From assembly GCA_021613535.1 (NCBI GenBank), contig CP075494.1, positions 10,974,001 to 11,038,000 of the forward strand: DNA of 64,000 bases, written 5' to 3'. This DNA comes from Adineta vaga (Eukaryota > Animalia > Rotifera). Shown piece by piece: positions 42,675 through 54,078 of the stretch; within the stretch, counting starts at the first letter, position 1, and the number at the start of each line of letters is the position of its first letter. A program made the position numbers and the translations under genes. Below the pieces are notes generated by a model, which had not been told where the DNA came from, made no database searches, and saw nothing but the letters and a program-made list of their open reading frames with translations.

Positions 42675-44037
42675 ATGGTCCTTTCGATTCATCCATTTCT
42701 TTTACCAACAACTGCTCATAATTTAATCATGGTATGTAAACGACATTCCTTTTTTTTAGGAATTAAAAACAAGGAGCAGTTCCTCAGGTCATAAAACTAT
42801 CTCTACAGATCAAACGAACGGTCATCGATAGCTTAAAGCCTTTCTTGAATTTGCATACTATCTAATTATATTCTTCGTATGTGTCTCAGTGTTTCATCAC
42901 ATAAACACTTCTCACATTTTCTCTCGTCCAATTAAGTTGCTACTAACCGGAACATACCACTCATCATGTTTAGAAGAAAAAAAAAGGCAACAGCAGTAGC
43001 AACTTGGATCACTTGCCGACAGATTATCACAGCAGAGAGCGTGCCGACATCGGATAATGAGCCGATACAAGAACATACACACGTGCTATTCTGATTCAAG
43101 TTGTTCACTTCTCTTTCATCGCTTTTCCTCTGTCCACACATAGAAGACATATGAAATCATCTTTCGTTTCTATTTTTAGAATTCAATGAATAATTCAATG
43201 GCTCGTTCAACTATTGCTCGACCTGTACCTGTAAATCCTCAACCAATATCATGGTCACCATTAGGTCGTTTACATACTGAAGCACTTATTCGTCAAAAAG
43301 CATTACAAATCTTACAAGCACAATTTTCTCTACTACCACCACCCCCACCTTTACCACCACCACCATCATCTCTTCATCCTCATACACTTGCTGCTATACT
43401 ATCCTCCTCCTCCTCCTCCTCCTCCTCCTCCTCCTCCTCATCATCATCATCATCATCGTCATCGTGTTCAAATTCTTTAAATTCTAGTACAAATTCTTCT
43501 TCCTTATCGTCGAAAGAATCGTCCGATAAATGGTGGAGTGTTAATGAGCACGCATCTAGTTTATTTGGTTCTGTAACTCGCCGATGTAAACGTTGTCGTT
43601 GTCCGAATTGTATAAATCAACCATCATCTCTGTTAACGGATTCTTCAACATCAAAACGTCAACATATTTGTCATATATGTAAAAAAATCTACGGAAAAAC
43701 ATCACATTTAAAAGCACATCTTCGTTGGCATGCAGGCGAACGTCCATTTCGTTGTACTTGGTTATTTTGTGGCAAAGCATTTACACGTTCCGATGAATTA
43801 CAACGTCATTTACGTACACATACTGGTGAAAAACGTTTTGTCTGTTCGAAATGTGGTAAACGTTTTATGCGTTCAGATCATTTATCAAAACATTCGAAAA
43901 CACATGAAATATCTCTATCAACAACAATGAATCATTCTTCATTAGAACTACTTGACAATACCATGGGAACTAGTAGTATCAGTAGTGATGAAATTTCATC
44001 GCATGAAGATGATGAAATTATTGATGTACAATATTAA
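42675..44037 (+). CDS. Sp5: Sp5/buttonhead-like zinc-finger transcription factor; exons 42675-42731, 43180-44037
   Basis: Btd box [11 protein letters not shown] and three C2H2 fingers ([42 protein letters not shown]). The short first exon joins in phase 0. Sp5 versus Sp6-9 assignment is less certain than the Sp-family call. Confidence 0.85.
43402..43462 (+). repeat. (TCC)n(TCA)n repeat encoding poly-Ser in the Sp factor
   Basis: Directly visible in the sequence. Confidence 0.9.
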
Positions 44038-44537
44038 CATTATTTAATGAATGAAAAACTCTTCGAAAATCACAGTGATGTGTTTTTGCAATTGTCTCGG
44101 TGTTCAATGTGTGCGCGCGCGCGTGTGTGTGTGTTTCTTCTTATATTATTGTGTATGTATCTAAATAGAATCATGAATGGTTGTTTGTTTTTTATTTATT
44201 GACAAAAAATAATAATAATAAATTATATAATTTGAAGAAGTCCAACTGTTTTGATCATTTTTTTTTACTGATAAAGATCAATAGGATTGCATACAAAGTG
44301 TTAAATGATAAAGTATACATCGTTATGATGTTTGATTAACGAAGAAATTGACCTTTTCAGAGTTTTTGATTGATAACTACCACAAACGAGATGAACATGT
44401 ACCATAATTAATCGTCTTCTGAGCAGTAGTTATGTAAAGAAAATAAGATTCTTCAACTACAAAGTAACTGAAATTTATCTGATTTCTTTGTTATTGTTAA
44501 ACATAGACTCGATACTTTAATAATAGAACAATTCGAT

Positions 44538-45767
44538 CTATTCAATTATTTTACTGTTCGATGTTGCAAAATGTTTTAATGTTAAATAGTTTCGATACCA
44601 AATAGACCAAACACTCTCACATCGATATTTAATACCGTTTTCTTTTGCCCATTGTTGAATAATAGGTCTAATTCGTACATAATTATATTTTGGCATTGTC
44701 GGAAAAAGATGATGTTCAAGTTGATATTGCATTCCACCCCATAACCATTCCATAAAGAAATTTTCACAACGTGCATCACATGTAGTTAAAAATTGTGTTT
44801 CGACAAACGAATAATTCGAATCATATAACATATCTTCACTTTGATGTGTTGCTGTAACAATACATGCGACAAGTAGACCACCAAATAGAATAGAACCAAG
44901 AGTGATTTGCCAACCAAGTGTATAAAGCCAAAAATAATTTGGTAACATCATCAGTAATTCACAATATTGATATGTAGTCAAGGAATGTCGAAGAGATTTC
45001 CATCGCCAACTTACATACAATAATGAATAAACAGGTAAGAAATACCAATGTTGATAAGCGCGAAACCATACATCAAGATCTTTTCTAGGAACAAATAAAT
45101 GAAATATAGGATCAGTATCAACATCTATATCAATTCCAATATGATTTGTATAGACATGATGCGTATTGTGTTTATGTGACCACCAAGTTGGACTAAAAGC
45201 GTTTACTAAACCAGTTAATGTTCGGCAAAGCCATCGCATCCATATTCCTCTTCCATGTGCATAATCATGTCCAATCCAACCAGCTTGTTGCATACCAAAT
45301 CCAATGAATAGAATAGCAAGACAAGAAGAATTCCAATAAAAATGACAATATGTCCCACATATACACAAGAAATATACAGAGAAATGATAAAATAATTCCC
45401 AGAATAATGAACGATTAAAATATCCATTCTCAATTAAATTTTGTCGTAAGGATCGATATGATTGTGTTATATTTGTTATCTCTATCAATGGTAACATAGT
45501 TTGAATATAAACTGATGAACATGGTTTGAAACGAGAAAGTCTTTGAATAGCGTCATCACTATGAATAGAATGAAATGCATCCGTTGCATCTTTTTTATTT
45601 AAATTTCGAAGAATTTCTGCACCACCTGGATGAATGTTTTGCCAGTGAGTTAAATCATACCATTGTTCATCAATATATAAATGTAGTTGATCATTGATAA
45701 TAGATTTTGAAACAATTGAAGGGTTTGATGTTTGAGTATGATGTTCTGTTTCATCGTTTGGAGTCAT
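44538..45767 (-). CDS. Cytochrome b5-fused front-end (delta5/6/8-type) fatty acid desaturase, intronless CDS
   Basis: HPGG heme motif and His boxes HDYAH, HKHNTHH, QLEHH in a 409-aa uninterrupted ORF. Confidence 0.93.
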   Translation of the reverse strand: MTPNDETEHHTQTSNPSIVSKSIINDQLHLYIDEQWYDLTHWQNIHPGGAEILRNLNKKDATDAFHSIHSDDAIQRLSRFKPCSSVYIQTMLPLIEITNITQSYRSLRQNLIENGYFNRSLFWELFYHFSVYFLCICGTYCHFYWNSSCLAILFIGFGMQQAGWIGHDYAHGRGIWMRWLCRTLTGLVNAFSPTWWSHKHNTHHVYTNHIGIDIDVDTDPIFHLFVPRKDLDVWFRAYQHWYFLPVYSLLYVSWRWKSLRHSLTTYQYCELLMMLPNYFWLYTLGWQITLGSILFGGLLVACIVTATHQSEDMLYDSNYSFVETQFLTTCDARCENFFMEWLWGGMQYQLEHHLFPTMPKYNYVRIRPIIQQWAKENGIKYRCESVWSIWYRNYLTLKHFATSNSKIIE

Positions 45768-46429
45768 CCGTAAATTCTAAAACAAGAAAAATTATTTTAA
45801 AACAATTTTAGGTATATTGACCAATGATTTATTTTGTCAAAAGTTCACTAGCTAATAGATTGAGAGAAGCTATCCAGCATTATGATAAACATTTCTTTTT
45901 TTTCCTAATCAAACTATATAAGACTCAGACATTTAAAAGGATTTTCTTCTACCTTTCAGACATGAGATGGTTGACCGTCTTTTTTTTCTTCTTCTATCTT
46001 CTTAATGAATATATGTCTTTGCTTTCAACGGATGCGAGAATGGTGAATCGTAGAAGAATGTGTCATGCTTGTCGACAACTAATAGTCCTGTAACTTTTTT
46101 TCTCTCAATTTTTCATCTCATATAACAGAAAAAATGTGGAAACGGAAGCGTGATTAGTTTATGTTTTTTTTCTTCTTCCAGGCATATGATCTTTCTATTT
46201 ATATCAAAAATTACTAACAAGTATACTTGTCTTTGACAACGAATGATTGTATAAAAATGGCGTAGGAGATTGAAACAATAATGTGCGTACATTCACAATT
46301 TGAAGTATCATACCTATTGAAGCATTTGCTAAATATTTACTATAGAAAAGATGAAAAATAGTCATTTAAATGCTTAGCAAATCTTAGATGTTATATGTAG
46401 ATTATTAAACAAAATCTATTCGATTGTTT

Positions 46430-47480
46430 ATAGTCGTTCTCCAAATTGATCAAGAAACTCAATATACATTTGGCATTACATTGGATCACATTCAGCTGAA
46501 TATCGAGTAATATCAATCGCTTTTTTCTGCATGTTCAACAGTATTTTCATGTTTATGTAAACCATCACAGGCAGTTGATAGATTATGATGAATTAATGAT
46601 AGTAAAGGATGATTGACAGGAAGAGATTTCTCATATATTTCCAGGGCTTTTTCGAAATGATCTTGTAGTGTTTCCTATACACCTCCAATATTGTTATAAA
46701 TCGCCGATAAAGATGGGTGATCGGATGGGAGATAACGTAATTCCATGTCAAGTGTTTGTTTATAATAAGATAATGCATTAATATAATTTTGTTTTCGTTC
46801 AAGAATATATTCAATTTGATGATAAAGATATCCTAAATTTTGAAAATCATCTTCTGAATGAACACTAGAAAAATAACTCAGATTTTCTAATGAAACAAAT
46901 GGAATTCAATAACGAAGAGAATCGGTGTTTGTTTGAAATTCTTTGCAAAACCTAGAGAGATATTTTTGTTCGTACTTGTTGAAAGGAAATTATTGAATCA
47001 AAGAAGTCCATCTTGATTCTGTTGTATCTTTTCGAAATCTTTTGCAGATAAATCCTGATCTCGATAGACAATTAGTTCATCTAAATATAAATTCTCTTGA
47101 TAAAGATCTTTAATAAAAAATTCCATTTTAATCAATATTTCACTTGAAATTCTTCAAGAATTGTTAATTGATATTGATTATCTTTATACGATTGACGAAA
47201 AAAATCTATATAATCGTCTTTAGATTTGAAATCATAGGTAATATCAAAGATAATTTTTTTTTGAATAATTGTGAATACATAAATGATTGATTCAATGCAT
47301 CAAGATTATTAGTTAATAAAGATGGAGGAATACTAATTGAAATCGAATAGTCTTCGTCTTGACATTTGATAAAATTCTCGAATAAACCTTCGATTTTCTT
47401 CCATTTACTAATCCATCTTTGATCAATCATCTGAGTGATCATTTCCAAACATTGATCACAATTATCACCAATTCGAAAGG
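46430..47480 (-). pseudogene. Degraded ADP-ribosyltransferase + TPR gene
   Basis: Fragments NQSFMYSQLFK, FFIKDLYQ, LIVYRDQDLSAKDFEKIQQNQDGLL*FNNFLSTSTNKNISLGF (R-STS ART motifs) and TPR HFEKALEIYEKSLPVNHP, with frameshifts and stops. Confidence 0.75.
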
Positions 47481-47999
47481 TATATTTGTTTACAATCTCA
47501 TTGAACCAAATGGTAAGAAAAACTTTTTGATTACGAATTAATCATCCTGATAGAGTAGAACTTATTGTCGATTCATTCATTGACGAGAGAAAGATTTAGC
47601 AATAAGAAAAATGAAAAACAAGGTTATGAAACGCTTCATAGAACATTAATAAGATTATTTTTATCTACACATTGTTCGCTTGAAACGTCATCATTCATTC
47701 ACATACTAGTCACTCATATATTTATGTTTAATTAATGGTTCAAACTGCATTTTCCTGACGTACTAAGCATCGTCATAAAAAGAGTGAATTCACCCTCTTT
47801 GTTTTGTGTCAAACGAAGATAGTATTGAGGGGGGGGGGGAAGTGTTCTTAGCTGTAAAGCTTCTGAGATTATAGTAGAAAATATTAATTAAAATATTAAA
47901 ATATATGGAAATGATGTAACGGTAGTACTCGATGAATATCCCTTTTTCTTTTGGTTAAATCAGAAACTAAATAAATGTAGAAAAAGAAGTTGCATTTTC

Positions 48000-48770
48000 A
48001 TAGTGAACATTATTCTTGATCTATTCATCATTCTATTCGCTTCAGTGAAAATATTAGTACCTATTTTAATACTATAGATCACTTTATATCTTCAATTACT
48101 AACACAATCAGATCGAATTGCTCATTTATTATGTATGAACATGTATATTACTCTTTTTATTGGTTGCGTACACTTGTATTAGATATGTATTGTTATACTT
48201 TATATGGTCATCATTATTTTGACATTTCTTCCGATGAATATTGGTGTTATCTTCTATTTTATGTTAGTGGTTGTAAGTTTTATTATTCATAATTACTTCA
48301 AGCTGTCTATCAACTTTGTTGAATTGTATTTTATAGAATACAAATCTTTCAATCACCGTATTTCTATTTTAATGGTATTTTTCTTCAATAACCTGTAAGT
48401 TTTGTTCAAATTATATCTGTCTTTTTATCATGAATATTCGAATATTTTCAAGAAGATTATCATTGTCAGATTGTATTCTATAACATTTGTGGATTATTAA
48501 CTGGTTTAGCATTAGTACATATGGTACTAATATCATTAACAATGATTCATTATATTTACATGGTTGTTTCTATTCGCAAGCATAGTCAAACTATTAGAAG
48601 TAAACAACAACGAATTCGTGAACGTCGAGATTTTTCTGTATGAACTCGAATATTTATATTATATTATTCGCAATAATCGCACCGGAAATGCCACAATTAG
48701 GTATTGATGTTTTCTATGGATATCTTTCATAGTGATCGACACAATTTGAATTATGTATATCTCTAATAAT
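48000..48770 (+). pseudogene. Degraded orphan rhodopsin-like GPCR
   Basis: Fragments DRIAHLLCMNMYITLFIGC, YWCY, S*LLQAVYQLC*IVF (TM3/DRY-equivalent region), EDYHCQI (ECL2 Cys), QQRIRERRDFSV*TRIFIL, with several in-frame stops and frameshifts. Confidence 0.6.
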
Positions 48771-48986
48771 CATGCACGTTTCTCCTAATTTATTTTCCTT
48801 TTGAAAGAAATGATTTAATTAATTGATGATCATCTACTGAGTAGCGACATCTGAAACTCATTGCCTCGATTTGTATTTTTCAAGTAATTCATAACCAACA
48901 GAAGAAAATATTCTTCTTTCTTTTATTTTATCATTTTTCTATCATTAGTATTTATTTATTTATTTATTTATTTATTTTCAATTCTA

Positions 48987-49337
48987 ATGAACTTTCCACA
49001 ATTATTTGCTCATATTGATGGTATTGAAGCGATTCTCATTCTTGATAAAGACGGAACACCAATTATAAAATTACCAAATAATGCAGCTGTTGATCAACTT
49101 GATTTACAAACACTTCTCCCATCTGCACAAATTTTACAAGATCAAAGTTCACGAATGAATTTGAAAAAGTTGAAAACTGTTGTGACTTACTGGTCTGCAC
49201 GTCAAATTATCACATATAATGTTCCACCATTGACGATTATAATTGCAGCGGATAGGAATGTGAATACAGGTGCATTACTTAATTTATATAATGATTTTCA
49301 AACGATTGCAAGTGAAAGTTTAACTAATCGTATTTAA
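48987..49337 (+). CDS. LAMTOR3: Ragulator subunit LAMTOR3 (MP1), roadblock fold, intronless
   Basis: IDGIEAILILDKDGTPIIK..DQSSRMNLKKLKTVVTYW..QIITYN.PPL.IIIAA..NTGALLNL. Confidence 0.85.
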   Translation: MNFPQLFAHIDGIEAILILDKDGTPIIKLPNNAAVDQLDLQTLLPSAQILQDQSSRMNLKKLKTVVTYWSARQIITYNVPPLTIIIAADRNVNTGALLNLYNDFQTIASESLTNRI

Positions 49338-49388
49338 TACTTGTCTTTCTCTTATCTAATAAATATCATGTCAATGAATTGGCTAAAC

Positions 49389-49451
49389 GATGCTATAGTT
49401 CAATGGTCTAAATCGAAATTTTCGTTGGTTCGAATCTTACTCTTTTCTTTT
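49389..49451 (+). ncRNA. tRNA-derived fragment or Pol III type-2 promoter-like element
   Basis: A-box TAGTTCAATGG 49396-406, B-box GGTTCGAATCT 49427-37, then a T-rich run. Box spacing is too short for a full tRNA. Confidence 0.35.
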
Positions 49452-51959
49452 CGTCATCAGTTAAACTTTGTTTGAATGATGATATCCACAGACCTGTACC
49501 GAATATAAAAAATGTGGAATTATAAATTCTAGTCTGACAAACAAAGAAATACGTAGTTTCATCGAAGTTTTGTTCATGAATACTGTACGTTTTTCTTGTC
49601 TATTGTCAGAAGTAATTACTCTTATTCTTTTGTCTCCTTTTTTTCGACTGGATAGTTTACGAAATCTATATGTCAATTGACAGCTGGGTAGCGTACTCTT
49701 TTTTCTTCTCTCACATGCGATTGACCTCATTATAAACAGTAATGGTTATTTTGAATGAGACATTGTTAATAATTAATTTTTGAGTCTTTTTTTTATTGAA
49801 AAAAAAAACTTCGGTCATTGTTGATTAGATGTCAATGGATTTTTTTTCTCTTTTTATTCGATTGTGTAATTAATCAAATTGAAATCATTGATGATAAAAT
49901 ATGTCTTTGTTATTCTTCTCATTATTGACCAGAATAGATCTGGACAAGTTTTTCTGATTATTGATTTGCCATTTGGAGAAATCTTTGTCTATTATATATT
50001 TGATAACTGTTCATCGTCAAGTAATAATAAACAATCATCATAATGATTAGCTTTCTTCAATATGTTGATGTATGACATCGTGTAGTCTCCCTTTGTGTCT
50101 AGACTTGATTGTTAAATGAACATGTAGGCAGAGAGAAAAGAGAAAGAGATTGAATATGAAAAAAAAAGAACATAATGTTCAACAAGATCAATTGATGATT
50201 GCTTTCCCGTCATGATTGTTATGCATTTTATTATCATAATAATCGAAGCACACGCACCATCGATCAACGCGTAACAACATTTTGAATTTTTCCCATGTTC
50301 CATTCAATGATTGACCGAGCTCTTGACACACGATGAGAGCAAGCAAAAAAATGGCACTCTCTATAATCTCTAACTCAACATCATGTTCTACTCGGTCAAC
50401 AGTCAATAATTAGTGTTCTCTCTAGTGAGTATCGTCAATTTACATGTTCAAATAACAATGTACACTGATCATAGTCATTGAGAATTTTCATGATTTCTTT
50501 TTTTTTTTTCGAGGAAACAAACATATTTTGTACGAAGGAACGCATTAATAGTTTGCATTTGTAATGTATATCGTTGGTAACTCTTTAGAAAGAGTCGTGA
50601 TGATGAAAGAAACATTAGAATGCAATGCAATCCATGCATGCATAAGTGTAGTAAGTAAAAGAAGGCTGACATTGGTCGTATGTAAAACGGAGATAAAACT
50701 GTTTGCACGACATCCTTATTCAGGAAATTGAAAAAATGATAATAGTAGTAGCCGACTGTAAACAAGGATGTATATGCATATCAATAGTTCGATCTCTTGT
50801 CTTTGTCCTATTAGTTGTATAATGAGACAACTATTAAAATAGATGTTTGTAAAAAAAAGAAATGATTTCATCGATCAGTTAAACATAAAAGCGAACATTC
50901 GCTTTGTTTCTTTCAATTGTTCTCTATGTCTGCATTTTTTTCTATCAATATTTATGTACTTATCACACTAGACAATCTGTATTTATATGGATATTTATAT
51001 ATATATATAAAAGAAAAGAATGTGAAGCTCAACAAGGATCTTCTTTCCAGAGAAAGAAAACATATTAATTAGAACGTTGAAGAAAGAAACGTAAATCGCA
51101 AATTTCAACTGAGAAGACTTGTCATAGACAAGAGAAGTTAAATGTTTGTGATGCAATTGTCTTGCAACAGTACAGAAAAACAGGCACAACTGTCTCTCTG
51201 TCTTTCGTTGACATTTTCTCTTTTGCTTTTATTCTATCATTTCTACATGTTCAATTTCTCCCCCTCTCTCTCTCTCTCTCTCTTCCTTCTCAAATTGCTT
51301 CGGTAGATGATGTAACTCTGTCCGGTTCTCTTTCTTTCAATAGAAGATGTCGAGTGAACTAGCACCAGCGGCAAACAAATATAAATTGACATAGATGATC
51401 GTTCATTTGAACTAGTACACAAGATTTTTTTTCACTATTAATTGTACTTCAGTAAGAAGACAACATACGTGTGTGTGTGTGTGTGTGTATGTATGAGTTC
51501 TATTGATAAGATATGAACCGAAGATTTTTCTTTGAATAAGTTCAAGAATTGAATATGAGTGGGTAGAAAAGAAATGAAATTACGATCATTGAATAATTGA
51601 GCGAATGAAATAGGAAAGCACGCGTTGAGTACCATTGCCGTCATGACTTGTCGTTTTCTTTTTTCAAGAAACCATAATGCTTTTTTGCTTCTTGAAGACT
51701 AGAAATTAACGAAGAAGATGTGTTTTTTCCTGATTCTTTGCAATTTTTTCTTCTTCTTTTTCTCCTCCGTCTTTTTAGATAGATATCTAGTGAACGACAT
51801 AAGACACTCATTTCACTTCTCCATCTTCTCTCTTCTTTTCCGACGATCGTAACTAGTACTACTGATACTAATGGATTTTATTTGCAACTCATGGTCGAAT
51901 AATCCTAACATCGGCAATCGATGACAACATCTTCATCTCTTCAATAAACGAAATCTATC

Positions 51960-53009
51960 ATGATTAGTTATCGATATCAAACTGTATATTATTTCTGGTG
52001 TGTATTGACAGTATTTCTCCTCAATTCAAATGGCATTATTGCTCAACAAACGCAAGTATGTTAATCCTCTTTGTACAAATAGACGATAGAATTTCGATGA
52101 AAGTTTTCTTGTTTCTTACTAAATTCGATTGATCATTTACTTTATCAAAGATGGAAACCGATTTAATTCTCTTGAGAGATCAATCAGGATATGAAACCTA
52201 CAATCGACATCGGTTATGTTCAAAAAAGAAAGAAAACTAGCGATAATGATTGTAAATCTCTTGAGAGATAATATGATCGATCTTTTTTTCTTTTTTCTCT
52301 TCAGTCACCATCGTTATCAACACTAAATCCAACAACAATACCGACAGTTTTATATAATGATGGAAATGTTTATTACGGTGATAATGATGATCGTATGAAA
52401 GAATTTTGTTCGATTTCTTCATTTTCTATTTTGAAATTTCTAGGCGATCAAGATATCTATGATGATCAAGAAGAAGCGAATGATGATTCACTTCCAGCAA
52501 ATGCTGTCGATCCAAAATTGTATAATACAACATCCCAAGGAAATCATGAAGGACAAATTAAAGGAGTCGAAGAAGAAAATTCTTATCCGGATGATGACGA
52601 TGAATTTGTTGATCAAATTTATGGAAATACAATGTCTGTTCATCGTATCGACGCAAAACGTCCTACAGTTGATATAAAAAATGAAAAACCAACAAGAACT
52701 CAACCATCACCACGATTACCTTTCATTTCAACCGATCTTTGGAATGAGTTATTCACAAAACCAGCTATTGTTGTTGGTAAGTAACGAATGGAAAACCCAT
52801 TAGTTAGGAAAATTTTCTTTTATTTTTCTTCATTCACAGGTATTGTTGGTGGAGTTGTCATTGGTATGCTGTCTGCTATACTTCTAATTATGTTTATTAT
52901 TTATCGAATGCGTAAGAAAGATGAAGGTTCATATGCATTAGAAGAAGGACCAAGAAAATCACCATCGCATGCATATACACGTGTATCATCGAGAGAATTT
53001 TTTGCTTAA
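51960..53009 (+). CDS. sdc: Syndecan; exons 51960-52055, 52305-52392, 52444-52776, 52840-53009
   Basis: Signal peptide, acidic ectodomain, TM (GIVGGVVIGMLSAILLIMFIIY), C1 motif RMRKKDEGSY and PDZ-binding tail REFFA*. Confidence 0.92.
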
Positions 53010-54078
53010 GTCTGATATTATTCTGCACATATATGATCGTTTTCATTCCGCAGAATCTTATTTTTCATTTGTCTACTTTTTGTGTCTTGTCAGAGTTGTT
53101 TTGTAATATAACAAAAAAAATATGATTAGTTTGTATTGAAAAATTTCCTATTAACACATGATTCATGAAATACAAAAGAAACTCAACAATCATTCTCACA
53201 AACGACGATTAGAACTCATAAAGTTTCATTATAAATTTAATATATCAAGTACAGCGGTAAAAATAAAGATATTTTTAGTAGACAATTTTGTTCCTGACTC
53301 CTTGAAATATTATTATACACCGGAATTTTACTTCGTGCATCTTCCGCTGCAAGATTTTCTATGTAATTATTTATTAAAAAAATCTATTGAACCTTTCATA
53401 ATTTTCATTTGTAAAACAATTTTAATTGAATAGACAAATTTTGGGGTGAATTTTTTTTCTTCTTTTTAAATGTGTTCTAGTGATAAAAGAGATTATTATG
53501 GTCGATGAATATGTTGTTATTGAAAGATAATTATTCATAGAAAAAGTAAATGTCGAAGTCATGCATAGACACTTATCATTTCCAATTAATAAGAATAACT
53601 TTTAAGCTGGATCGATGTATCATGACCTTGATAATAAACAATGCACCAGTGTTAAATGTTCTCCTATTTACTTTCATCAATTTGACTGATTCACAACTCT
53701 TCCAAAATTAGTTCCGTATTGTAGATAAAGAAATGTTTTTCGAAGAAAATAAATCATCATGACTTTCAGTAATCGTCTTTGTTCTATAAAGTTTCCAGGT
53801 AACATTATTATGATGATCAAATGTTATTTCTAAGAAGGATTTCAATATTTATGAACTATTTCTTGAATACACAAAGCTAACTTCAATTTTTTCCTGTTTA
53901 TCAAATTGAAGAAAATAAGAGAACATTTCCTGTCGTTCATTTCATTGTTTCTTTACAAATGTAATGAACACGAAAGATATTATCTTTAACACATCAGCTA
54001 TTCCACATATATATATATATTTCTTTTTTGAAAATTTGAATCAATAACAAATTGGAATTATCTGACATGATTTGATTG

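Noticed and set aside
47829-47839. G11 homopolymer as a G-quadruplex or element end
   Set aside because: Isolated run with no supporting structure.
52151-52212. Possible extra syndecan exon containing QSG (METDLILLRDQSGYETYNRH)
   Set aside because: 62 nt long with a weak donor; inclusion shifts the frame to a stop in the next exon.
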